From: a virus
Lineage: Duplodnaviria; Heunggongvirae; Uroviricota; Caudoviricetes
Direction: 5' to 3' (one strand)
IMG/VR virus record: IMGVR_UViG_3300045988_014834
Location: 1-41,350 of that record
Length of the DNA: 41,350 nt
Below the pieces are notes generated by a model. It was given only the letters and a program-made list of their open reading frames with translations. It had not been told where the DNA came from and made no database searches. Below, one piece after another: positions 16,598 to 24,493 of this stretch. Each line of letters begins with the position of its first letter. Within the stretch, counting starts at the first letter, position 1. A program made the translations under genes and the position numbers.

Positions 16598-16898
16598 CTG
16601 TGCCTCCTCGACGTTCGATGTATTCTCCGGCTACGATGCCAGAAAGGCGGGAATAGATAGGCATCCAGAGAATGGCAATGATGAATCCGAGGCCAGCTAT
16701 CTCGCGCTCACCGGTAATACCGAACCATTGGGCAGCAAGAGGCGCGCCGAAAATGGCACACGCGAAGCCGGTTAGAAGAAATACCAGTCCGTCAATCGGC
16801 CCGGATATAGACTTTTTATGTTGTCTTAGTCCGACCAATCCACCTACCAGCGCGGCAGCGAGAAGCCACCCCGTCACTGTTTCAGTAAATTTATCCAA
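16590..16898 (-). CDS. Holin-like membrane protein, 102 aa
   Basis: Three hydrophobic helices, charged C-terminus, just upstream of the endolysin. Confidence 0.5.
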   Translation of the reverse strand: MDKFTETVTGWLLAAALVGGLVGLRQHKKSISGPIDGLVFLLTGFACAIFGAPLAAQWFGITGEREIAGLGFIIAILWMPIYSRLSGIVAGEYIERRGGTDE

Positions 16899-16973
16899 GA
16901 TGAATCCTCCAGGTGCGTATTAAGTATGCAGTAACTGGAGGATAGCACGGTTAGGAATTATCTTAATAACGGT

Positions 16974-17267
16974 TTATTTATGTCTCCAGATGTACTGTCG
17001 TCTCTGTGGTTTCGTCGGAATATCATCGTACCCCAGCGATTTCCAGTAATTAAATAGCCGATTAGCTATAGCGGCGCGTTCCTGCGTTTTAAACTCACCG
17101 AGGTTCACGGCCTTACCGTTCTGGAATCCGCAGGCACGGATAGCTTTACGTCTGGCCTGAATCTCAGGGTACAGCGTGTTACCGCGACGCTTGTATATCT
17201 GTGTTTTAGCTCTCGGTGACAGCGGCGCAAGGCCGCTTCGTTTCAGGATGTCAGTTGCAAGGGTCAT
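16974..17267 (-). CDS. Hypothetical basic protein, possibly DNA-binding, 97 aa
   Basis: Basic composition; weak AP2-like pattern. Confidence 0.3.
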   Translation of the reverse strand: MTLATDILKRSGLAPLSPRAKTQIYKRRGNTLYPEIQARRKAIRACGFQNGKAVNLGEFKTQERAAIANRLFNYWKSLGYDDIPTKPQRRQYIWRHK

Positions 17268-17497
17268 AGCAGAATACCTAGTTCGTATATGGTTTGCTGG
17301 TCTACAAACTCAGGCGCTATAACGTCACTATAACCACTATACACCTTACTCGCTTCTCGCACGAGACAACGGGCGGCCGCTTTTATTTCCAGAAGCTCGG
17401 CTTCTAGTTTCGCGTAGTCTTCGTAGCCTACCCAATCACCTTCATCGTGTGGCCCTATTAAACCACCCTGTAATAAATATCTCTGTACCATAATCAC
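17264..17497 (-). CDS. Hypothetical protein, 77 aa
   Basis: Coupled ORF in the early operon. Confidence 0.35.
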   Translation of the reverse strand: MIMVQRYLLQGGLIGPHDEGDWVGYEDYAKLEAELLEIKAAARCLVREASKVYSGYSDVIAPEFVDQQTIYELGILL

Positions 17498-17697
17498 TTC
17501 TCCTGTTTACCAAGTCGCTTAGGCGAGCAGATAGCGCGTACCTCTGAATCGTTGGGCTTGTCGCCCTGAAACAGGAAGTGCGCGTTCTCTGCGGCGCGTG
17601 CCGCTGACTGGCACGCCTCCATCGAATAAAACGTTTCTGATGCCGCCAGGTGCATATGCCCTGCGGACAGTACCCAGATAAACAAGATGCTGGTCAT
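17494..17697 (-). CDS. Small predicted secreted protein, 67 aa
   Basis: N-terminal signal-peptide-like stretch MTSILFIWVLSAGHMHLAAS; two Cys in the mature part. Confidence 0.35.
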   Translation of the reverse strand: MTSILFIWVLSAGHMHLAASETFYSMEACQSAARAAENAHFLFQGDKPNDSEVRAICSPKRLGKQEK

Positions 17698-18149
17698 TTC
17701 TTTAACCCGCACTTCTTGCACATCATCGAAGCACTTGTATCGTAAAAGTACCAATCGTGCTCGCATTCCTGCGCGTCTTCCTTACGGCAACCATATTGCT
17801 CAGGCACGCACCCGCCTTTGCGGATAAGTTTGTACGCCTCTGCGTCACCAGTAGCCCGAACCAGCGCCAAATGCAATTCCTTAAGCTCCGCCCGCGCATC
17901 GCGTAACTGGTTCTTGAGTGACTGCACCTCATGCGCCAGGTCTTCGCGCTGTTGCTTGTACGGGTTGTGCTCCAGACCTATGTAAGCATCGATTATTGCG
18001 TTTTCCTCGTCGGTATAGTTACCGCGACCCGCGATACTACGGTCGATACTCCACCGTTCAATCTCACCCATTACATCTACGACAGATAGCTGCTGCCGTA
18101 GCTGGTCAATCAGGTACTCGAATACTTCGTTTTTGTTACTCATCATCAA
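17694..18149 (-). CDS. Hypothetical protein with C-terminal Cys-rich zinc-ribbon-like motif, 151 aa
   Basis: C-terminal Cys cluster ending CKKCG. Confidence 0.4.
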   Translation of the reverse strand: MMMSNKNEVFEYLIDQLRQQLSVVDVMGEIERWSIDRSIAGRGNYTDEENAIIDAYIGLEHNPYKQQREDLAHEVQSLKNQLRDARAELKELHLALVRATGDAEAYKLIRKGGCVPEQYGCRKEDAQECEHDWYFYDTSASMMCKKCGLKK

Positions 18150-18276
18150 ACCCCATTGTTATCACTTTCGTGTCGCCGTTACACACCGAAGTGCTGCCTA
18201 GTATCTCGTAAGCATCAACCAGTTCGCCTAAAGTCCAGGACCTATACCCTTCCATCCAAGTTGCTGCGGGAATCAT
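18136..18276 (-). CDS. Small protein, 46 aa
   Basis: Promoter plus GAGGAG upstream; overlaps the next gene start. Confidence 0.3.
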   Translation of the reverse strand: MIPAATWMEGYRSWTLGELVDAYEILGSTSVCNGDTKVITMGFDDE

Positions 18277-18307
18277 ATTCTGTCTCTCCTCTCGTTCGTG
18301 TAAATGA

Positions 18308-18336
18308 ATAGTAGCCTATTCTATCTTAGCGTGCAA
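18308..18336 (-). promoter_or_regulatory. Promoter TTGCAC, 17 nt, TACTAT (early-type, divergent spacer)
   Basis: Minus strand TTGCACgctaagatagaataggcTACTATTCA. Confidence 0.5.
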
Positions 18337-18343
18337 GTAAATT

Positions 18344-18514
18344 TTATTGGTGTTTTAAAGATAATCGTTCGCTACGAATCCAATAGTACCTTGGACGTCT
18401 GGCCCACTGACGCCATCGCATAACACGGTACTTGTTGCCGTCTGACGCAACAATAAGCCCTAATCGCTTTTCCCCGTTTCTACCGGTCCAGGTTACGATG
18501 TCATTCAGTTTCAT
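18344..18514 (-). CDS. Small basic protein, 56 aa
   Basis: GGAG upstream; Arg/Trp-rich C-terminus. Confidence 0.3.
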   Translation of the reverse strand: MKLNDIVTWTGRNGEKRLGLIVASDGNKYRVMRWRQWARRPRYYWIRSERLSLKHQ

Positions 18515-18575
18515 TGTTGCATCTCCTGCAATAGTCGCTTCGATTGTTGCGTTTGGTGAAATAGAACAAAAATGA

Positions 18576-18595
18576 GAAAAATGATACGCTGCTGT
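18576..18595 (-). terminator. Hairpin ACGCTGCT-GTGT-AGCAGCGT followed by a T-rich run on the minus strand
   Basis: Read from sequence. Confidence 0.45.
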
Positions 18596-18638
18596 GTAGC
18601 AGCGTAAGTCACTCAGTAAAATCTTAAACTATTGAACA

Positions 18639-18851
18639 TCACACTTCCGGCGGCTCGGGTAAGGGCATCCAGTGGGTTACAACTCCCGCATCATTCGCAT
18701 ACAGCTTGCTGTAACAATATATTTTCCAAATGGGAGTGTTGTCGGCGTACACGAAGTAATAACCCTCATGCACCTGACTGTCTTCCGTGCAAACAAGAAT
18801 GTCGGCAAATTCTTCCGGCATCCGCTCACTACACTTAATCCACTCACCCAT
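18639..18851 (-). CDS. DUF551-like phage protein, 70 aa
   Basis: Pattern W.KCSERMPEE...VTHWMPLPEPP matches my recollection of the DUF551 family. Confidence 0.45.
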   Translation of the reverse strand: MGEWIKCSERMPEEFADILVCTEDSQVHEGYYFVYADNTPIWKIYCYSKLYANDAGVVTHWMPLPEPPEV

Positions 18852-18854
18852 AAA

Positions 18855-18998
18855 TCACCTCGGATTCGCAACAGACAACACACCAGCTTTCCACGCCCGC
18901 CACGCGAGACGCGTCTTAACGTTCAGGTATTCTTTCTTCGAACCCTTGTTAACCGGCAGACCCTCGACGACGGCCCACCGCTCGAATGCTTCTCTCAT
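18855..18998 (-). CDS. Small protein, 47 aa
   Basis: Coupled between flanking genes. Confidence 0.3.
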   Translation of the reverse strand: MREAFERWAVVEGLPVNKGSKKEYLNVKTRLAWRAWKAGVLSVANPR

Positions 18999-19001
18999 AA
19001 C

Positions 19002-19217
19002 TCAACTCCTGCGTCTAACATTGTGCCCAGGGGCATAGCACCGTGTTCTGTCTTTACTTATCACCCAACCGTCGGACCTTGCTCGCCTTGCACACTCGGA
19101 CCACGTTTCCCCAGCATACTCCCCTGAGTCCACCATACTCCATTGTTTTGAATTACACTCATCGCAATCACAATAGAGATGTACAGCATATCCCGCGGCT
19201 ACCATACCAACCCCCAC
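19002..19217 (-). CDS. Cys-rich small protein (putative zinc-binding), 71 aa
   Basis: CDCDEC ... C ... C pattern. Confidence 0.35.
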   Translation of the reverse strand: MGVGMVAAGYAVHLYCDCDECNSKQWSMVDSGEYAGETWSECARRARSDGWVISKDRTRCYAPGHNVRRRS

Positions 19218-19276
19218 AACGCGTGCACCGCATAAACGGCGCTGACAATTAAAATAAACGGGTAATTATTCATAAC

Positions 19277-19543
19277 CTAGTCCTTAACCCTTACCCAGAA
19301 CTCACCCTGTACCCAGCACCATAAAAGATTACGTGTATTGTTCACCATCCCGTAATCATTGCGAGCACGAATCGGATAAACGTCTTTATACAGCAGAATC
19401 CCTGTTCGCAGAAACTCAGGATCGCGAGTCGCAGCGCGCCACATGTTGTAAAATTGCTCAAGCCCAGCGCCCCTGGCCATTACTCGCACCTTATGCAGTT
19501 TTTCGGCAACAGTTTCCAGTTCGGTGGTATTCATTAACGGCAA
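19277..19543 (-). CDS. Hypothetical protein, 88 aa
   Basis: Track ORF in the early operon. Confidence 0.35.
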   Translation of the reverse strand: MPLMNTTELETVAEKLHKVRVMARGAGLEQFYNMWRAATRDPEFLRTGILLYKDVYPIRARNDYGMVNNTRNLLWCWVQGEFWVRVKD

Positions 19544-19737
19544 CCTCCCTCAGAGTCGTCGGCACGAGCATCGTGATTCGATGCCGTTCGTAGCGCACGT
19601 AAAACTTTTAGCAATAGCTCGCATGTCCCGGAAGAAATAGTTGGACCATCTAAGATAACAACCTCGTATCTGTTTACCTGAAAATGCACTTTCTCCAGTC
19701 TATGATGTTTCAGTTCTTCAAATAATTCTTCCATCAC
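19534..19737 (-). CDS. Hypothetical protein, 67 aa
   Basis: Coupled ORF. Confidence 0.35.
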   Translation of the reverse strand: MMEELFEELKHHRLEKVHFQVNRYEVVILDGPTISSGTCELLLKVLRALRTASNHDARADDSEGGCR

Positions 19738-19925
19738 TTAGCCCCTTTGAATTTAAAATTGTTGCCGATGAGTTTCATATCCTGCGCGTATAGAACGGTG
19801 AGATACGACCCCGTTAAAGATTTGGCAAAATAGATATTATTTTCTCTATGAAATGCGAAGATAACCGCTAACTCTCCGGTCTCTGTAACCCTCACCAACT
19901 GACCCTTCTTAAACATAACCCTCAC
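19734..19925 (-). CDS. Hypothetical protein, 63 aa
   Basis: Coupled ORF. Confidence 0.35.
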   Translation of the reverse strand: MRVMFKKGQLVRVTETGELAVIFAFHRENNIYFAKSLTGSYLTVLYAQDMKLIGNNFKFKGAK

Positions 19926-19934
19926 TCCTCTGTC

Positions 19935-20153
19935 TTATTTAAAGTAGATAGCGAATTTCTTGTAACCCGCAGGCTCGTTACGAAGCCCTTTACCGTTAGC
20001 GAAACGTTGTACGTTGATAAAATCATTTTCATCCATTCCGTCGGTGTCGAACGTACAGAAGTTGCGTTTGTTCCCAATAATTACGCGCTCTGAGGTATCG
20101 ATGCCGTAAACTTCTTTGATTGCGGAAACTACGCTTGCAGTCGCTTTGTTCAT
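19935..20153 (-). CDS. First early-left gene, hypothetical, 72 aa
   Basis: AGGAAT upstream; about 30 nt downstream of the early promoter. Confidence 0.4.
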   Translation of the reverse strand: MNKATASVVSAIKEVYGIDTSERVIIGNKRNFCTFDTDGMDENDFINVQRFANGKGLRNEPAGYKKFAIYFK

Positions 20154-20187
20154 TTCTGAATTCCTTATGTCTCGTTCCGATAAGTGA

Positions 20188-20216
20188 ATAGTATACTATT
20201 ATGTTGGGGTGTGCAA
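20188..20216 (-). promoter_or_regulatory. Early promoter copy (TTGCAC N17 TACTAT) for the leftward early operon
   Basis: Minus strand TTGCACACCCCAACATAATAGTATACTATTCAC. Confidence 0.6.
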
Positions 20217-20381
20217 GAGATTAGTTACGTTGCCGTTGTGATTCTTTCGTTTCTTAAAAGAGTACGCAACGCAGTGGGTGGGCGTTAGCCCACCCCAGCG
20301 GAGTGAAGTACTCTCTACATTGCTTACGGCAACTATAGAAACTTTTAATTATCAGTGACTTGGGTATTTAGGCGGGATTAA

Positions 20382-20525
20382 CAATAGACTTTGGCCCTTC
20401 CGAAAGCGCCAGCGGAACTACACTCAAGTGCCTAATGGCACGCGTTGCGTTCCCTGCCGCTCCGCGGTCGCTTGCGATATCTCACAAGCTCAGTGAAGCT
20501 TAGCATATTTTTAAGTAAAAGTCAA
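20382..20525. repeat. Conserved ~150-bp noncoding element, copy B
   Basis: Aligns with 8307-8460 including covarying hairpins. Confidence 0.6.
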
Positions 20526-20572
20526 TACCAGTAGCATCTTTTGTATCTTAGTAACTTTGTGCGGTGTTTTGG

Positions 20573-20601
20573 TTGCTTTTACATTCCCGCTATCCTATAC
20601 T
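20573..20601 (+). promoter_or_regulatory. Rightward early promoter candidate (TTGCTT, 17 nt, TATACT)
   Basis: Read from sequence, upstream of the HTH gene at 20633. Confidence 0.45.
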
Positions 20602-20632
20602 CGGTTTCACCAAACCAACAGGAGATGTAAAA

Positions 20633-20815
20633 ATGCAGCATTACATGACACAGAATGAAGTAGCTGAACGTATCGGGGTGACCCGTCAGACAATTAATAA
20701 CTGGTTGCGCAGTGGTAAATTCCCGGATTGTTGTATTAAGGTTATGGGCCGCCGTTTACCAGGAACATTTGATCGTAATAAAGTTGAAGCGTGGATTAAG
20801 GAGAACGTGAAATGA
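20633..20815 (+). CDS. Small HTH DNA-binding protein (AlpA/Xis-like), 60 aa
   Basis: GGAG then ATG; HTH-like segment MTQNEVAERIGVTRQTINNWLRSGKFP. Confidence 0.5.
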   Translation: MQHYMTQNEVAERIGVTRQTINNWLRSGKFPDCCIKVMGRRLPGTFDRNKVEAWIKENVK

Positions 20816-21102
20816 AAGGTGTAATATTCCATGATAAAGAGAACGACAATTCTTATATGGTTTATTTGGTGCAAGGCGAGTATGCGTTGTGCTTTAACGT
20901 TTCTTGTAAACTGGACTCTTATTCACCGTTTTGCGTTACAGAAGAATTGCAGTTGATTAGTCTCCGAAGACTCAGCACAATGTCGGCCTCCATCGATGTC
21001 TCTGACCACTTAGCGTACGTTTATCAGTATTTCGGCGATGAGATTGTTGTAGATTATTATCGTAAGTATGAGCATTTGATGGGATGTCTGGCTAAAAGAT
21101 AA
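20812..21102 (+). CDS. Hypothetical protein, 96 aa
   Basis: ATGA-coupled to the upstream gene. Confidence 0.35.
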   Translation: MKGVIFHDKENDNSYMVYLVQGEYALCFNVSCKLDSYSPFCVTEELQLISLRRLSTMSASIDVSDHLAYVYQYFGDEIVVDYYRKYEHLMGCLAKR

Positions 21103-21160
21103 AAGAAAGCCCCGACGCGGTGAACGCCGAGGCCAAATTACTTGCTGAAGGAAATACAAC

Positions 21161-23428
21161 ATGTACGATGTAATTTTATCCTACTCGTGGTCACGTCGCA
21201 ACGCGCGAGCAGAGAAAAAGGATATAAACGTCAGAACCACACACACGGCAACACTGGACGACCTGAAAGAGTTAATCCGGCCGCTCGATGCCGTCCGCGA
21301 TGGGATTAACCCTAAGACCGCTCCCGGTTATATCACTGCCGCGTGTGACTCAACGCACAGCACCGTAAAAGACCCGGAAACCGGTGACTTTAAGCAGGCA
21401 CGTAAAGGCTTTTTCTATCGCTGTGACGCGTCTGTAAGCAAATCGTCACTGGCGTATCTGGACTTTGACAGCGCAACGCCGGAAGAATATCAGGAAGCGG
21501 TGCGCCTGGTTAAGCGCAGCCGCCATGCCATGTGCCTCTATACCACGGCTTCCCATACAGATGAGTCGCCACGCTTTCGTGTCGTCATGCCGCTGGCCCG
21601 CCCGGTTGAAGGCGGTGACATCATCCGCGTTCGTCATGGATTGCTGGAGCACTTCTTCAAAGGCATGGGCGCTGACCGCAGCGGGTTCACTCTGTCCCAG
21701 CCGATGTACCTGCCGCCGGTTGGCTCTACTGTTATCTGGTCGCGTCGCAATGACCTGATTGACCCCGACGAGTTACTGGAAGGTATCCCCGCCGTTGATG
21801 TTAGCAGCGCATCGGATTACCAGATACCGGAAGAACTGCGCACCGCGTTTACTGATGCGTTTGAAGCACTGGCGTTTGAGTACGGCGGGGTCATGACGCC
21901 GCGCGGCCTTAAGATGCCTGCTACACCGGAACATGCAGAGAACTACAGCGACCCGACGCCGCGCCCGGACGACTTCCTGCTGTGCTTCCCGCGCGAGGGA
22001 TACGAAGCGCCTAACGTAACCATGATTCACGACACCGACATCACGGCGACCGAAGGCATGCCCCCGAAAGAGGTGTGGAAATACGCGTGTGATGCTACCG
22101 GGCTGCCATTCAGTGAAGTGGCAGAGGCCATCGGTTGGGGTGCGCGTGAATCTGTCTCATGCAGCCTCGACGACCTGGAAGACGACGAGGACTCAGAGGA
22201 GGACGAGCTACCGGAACCGGTAAAGGCTGATTTCGTCGTAGAAGGGTACATGCCGTCGGATTGCATCTGGGATATTGTTGGGGAATCTGGCACGTACAAA
22301 TCATTCTATACGCTGGGGATAATGTACCTGAGCGCCGCCGGATACCGGTTTGCAGGGGCTGATACCCAGCGTTGCCACCATTTCTATATCGACGGTGAGG
22401 GTGGCGCAGCTACCCGCACACGTATCGATGCACTCGCAGCCAAATATGGTGAGGAAGGTAAAGATTATGTACATGTCATCGATATGGGTGAAGTCGGCAA
22501 GCTGAAAAGCCTGATTAAGCTAATGCGTGAAACTGCGGGCGACGAGCCAATCGGCATGGTTGCGTTCGACACCCTTAATCAGACCCTGGCCCTGACGATT
22601 GATAAGTTCGATGAGAACAGTTCATCAACAGCAATCGGCATGGGTAAAGTTATCGCCATTCTGAAAGAAGTACGCGACGCAACTAAAGCCGCGGTGGGTG
22701 TCGTTCACCATACCCCGAAGGGCGGAAAGAAAGCCCGCGGCAGTGGGGCGCTGTATGCGGGTGTCGACGTGGAACTGACAATAGAACGCGCGACCGAACG
22801 TCAGATAAACGTATACCACTCTAAATTTAAGCACGGGCCTCAACAGAAAACGGTTGGTATGGTGCTGGAGTCGGTACAGTTCCGCGAAGCCCCGCCGTCG
22901 AAAGAATACCGCGCGGTTGAGTTCCTCGGTAGCGCAGAGGAATACGGCACAATAGTAAACCTCGACCTGCCTGAGCCGCACAAGGCGCTTGTGCTGATGC
23001 CGTGGGGTTTCGAGCCGTTCAAAACTGACGAGGAGAAAGAGAGGGAAGAAGGGCTGACAAAGGAAGGTAAAGAAAACGTACGTAAAACCGTAGAGAACGC
23101 CGTCAACAGTTCAGAAGCCACGATACTCGCCGCGTTTGAACTGGCGGAAGGAACCTACAACGGCAACGAGGGCATCACGGTAGCCGCAGCGAATAAGCTC
23201 GCGCAGTCTGACCCCAACGCAAAGGCGTTTAACTCCAAAGAAGCCATAGAACGCGGGAAGATTAAGAAAATGGTTGAGGCGGGGTATCTCGTGCCCGGGA
23301 CTGACGAAAACAATCAGATAATCCCGGGCCGTTACAGACTTAACACCCGGATAACGGATAACAAGATTCCGAAGACAATATACGAACCGAATGAAATGTT
23401 GACAGTAACAGAGGAGGATTTGGAATGA
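21161..23428 (+). CDS. Replicative primase/helicase (primase-like N-terminal region plus P-loop ATPase), 755 aa
   Basis: Walker A GESGTYKS; RecA-like core; size and position at the head of the replication module. Confidence 0.5.
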   Translation: MYDVILSYSWSRRNARAEKKDINVRTTHTATLDDLKELIRPLDAVRDGINPKTAPGYITAACDSTHSTVKDPETGDFKQARKGFFYRCDASVSKSSLAYLDFDSATPEEYQEAVRLVKRSRHAMCLYTTASHTDESPRFRVVMPLARPVEGGDIIRVRHGLLEHFFKGMGADRSGFTLSQPMYLPPVGSTVIWSRRNDLIDPDELLEGIPAVDVSSASDYQIPEELRTAFTDAFEALAFEYGGVMTPRGLKMPATPEHAENYSDPTPRPDDFLLCFPREGYEAPNVTMIHDTDITATEGMPPKEVWKYACDATGLPFSEVAEAIGWGARESVSCSLDDLEDDEDSEEDELPEPVKADFVVEGYMPSDCIWDIVGESGTYKSFYTLGIMYLSAAGYRFAGADTQRCHHFYIDGEGGAATRTRIDALAAKYGEEGKDYVHVIDMGEVGKLKSLIKLMRETAGDEPIGMVAFDTLNQTLALTIDKFDENSSSTAIGMGKVIAILKEVRDATKAAVGVVHHTPKGGKKARGSGALYAGVDVELTIERATERQINVYHSKFKHGPQQKTVGMVLESVQFREAPPSKEYRAVEFLGSAEEYGTIVNLDLPEPHKALVLMPWGFEPFKTDEEKEREEGLTKEGKENVRKTVENAVNSSEATILAAFELAEGTYNGNEGITVAAANKLAQSDPNAKAFNSKEAIERGKIKKMVEAGYLVPGTDENNQIIPGRYRLNTRITDNKIPKTIYEPNEMLTVTEEDLE

Positions 23429-23622
23429 GCGGTAAATTTAAAGAAGTAAGCGACGAACTGAAAGGTAATAAATACACCAACCACAGAGGTGAAGTAGTGG
23501 AAGTTCTTAACGTAGTTCCTTATGGGCGTGGGTATCATGTTGTATACAGCTACACAGAGGCTTACAGCGTGTATTGCGGGTTAGGTAAGTTTCGAAAAAG
23601 ATACCCGATAAAGGTGCAATAA
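23425..23622 (+). CDS. Hypothetical protein, 65 aa
   Basis: ATGA overlap with the primase stop behind a strong GAGGAGG. Confidence 0.4.
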   Translation: MSGKFKEVSDELKGNKYTNHRGEVVEVLNVVPYGRGYHVVYSYTEAYSVYCGLGKFRKRYPIKVQ

Positions 23623-23650
23623 AAAAAAAGAAAGGGGCGTTAAGCCCCTT
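23622..23650 (-). terminator. Hairpin terminator (GGGGC-GTTAA-GCCCC) with T9 on the minus strand
   Basis: Read from sequence; stop codon of the HTH gene lies in the loop. Confidence 0.55.
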
Positions 23651-23855
23651 CACCAAACGCCAGCCACTTGGCGTCTACTTGCAGCACTTCCGCCAGTTTG
23701 AACAGCGTCGCCGGGCGGACGTCCTGAGTTACTCCAAGCGCCAGCTGGTTAATTGCACCCTGGGAAACGCCGGCCAGAACAGCCAGACGGCGCTGGGAGA
23801 TGCCGAGTTCTTTACGGCGTTGTTCTACACGAATGCCTAGTTCAGATGGTTGCAT
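23640..23855 (-). CDS. Cro/CI-type (XRE family) HTH regulator, 71 aa, divergent within the replication arm
   Basis: ELGISQRRLAVLAGVSQGAINQLALG is a classic XRE-type HTH; AAGGAG upstream. Confidence 0.6.
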   Translation of the reverse strand: MQPSELGIRVEQRRKELGISQRRLAVLAGVSQGAINQLALGVTQDVRPATLFKLAEVLQVDAKWLAFGEGA

Positions 23856-23919
23856 GTCAATTACTCCTTAGTCAGTTGATATGTGAATAGTACCATATTA
23901 ATTATTTTAGAAAAGCCCA

Positions 23920-23948
23920 TTGACAAGTGAATAGCTCGCTATTATAGT
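23920..23948 (+). promoter_or_regulatory. Middle promoter TTGACA, 17 nt, TATAGT with embedded palindrome AATAG-N4-CTATT (23930-23943)
   Basis: ttgacaagtgAATAGctcgCTATTatagtt. Confidence 0.55.
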
Positions 23949-23979
23949 TAGCACATACCAAACGAGAGGAGCGAAACAA

Positions 23980-24450
23980 ATGTTAGACCAATTTCTGAAA
24001 TTACTTGAGCGTTTCGTAGTTGCCCACGAACTGATTGCTGCGAACAGTGTGAAACAAGTAGTCGTTGCTGAAACCGCAACAATCGAGACCACTGTTGCGA
24101 AAGAAGCAACAAAAGAAATCCCAGTCGAAGGTGAAGACCTCGTCGACACTAAACCGGCAGAAGAAGAGAAGCCAAAACGCAAGCCGCGTAAAGCTAAAGT
24201 AGAGGAGCCGACGCCAGAGCCGGAAGAAGAGAAGGAAGAAGTCGATTACCAGTCTCTGCGCGACCAGATTCAGGCTATCGACGATGCGATTAATGAAGGT
24301 CCGAGCGATGCCGCGTGCGATGATTCCGATGAACTGCTGGAAGAGTTCACCGGTAAGAAAATGAAGATTGCCGCGATTAAAGACGAAGACCTGGCCGAGT
24401 ACCTGGAACGCCTGACGGCAATCAAGAACAAGTATTTCGAAGAAGAATAA
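23980..24450 (+). CDS. Highly acidic protein, 156 aa
   Basis: Long Glu/Asp-rich stretches, short basic patch KPKRKPRKAK, C-terminus YFEEE. Confidence 0.45.
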   Translation: MLDQFLKLLERFVVAHELIAANSVKQVVVAETATIETTVAKEATKEIPVEGEDLVDTKPAEEEKPKRKPRKAKVEEPTPEPEEEKEEVDYQSLRDQIQAIDDAINEGPSDAACDDSDELLEEFTGKKMKIAAIKDEDLAEYLERLTAIKNKYFEEE

Positions 24451-24493
24451 CTATCTCGCGGCCTTCGGGCCGCTTTAACTGAGGGTCGGAAAT

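Noticed and set aside
18672-19127. 151-aa plus-strand ORF in the early-left region
   Set aside because: Antisense to a chain of tightly coupled minus-strand genes with promoters and ribosome-binding sites; no start signal of its own.
19002-19217. Assigning the Cys-rich 71-aa protein to the Lar restriction-alleviation family
   Set aside because: The Cys spacing does not match the Lar pattern I recall; kept as a generic zinc-binding candidate.
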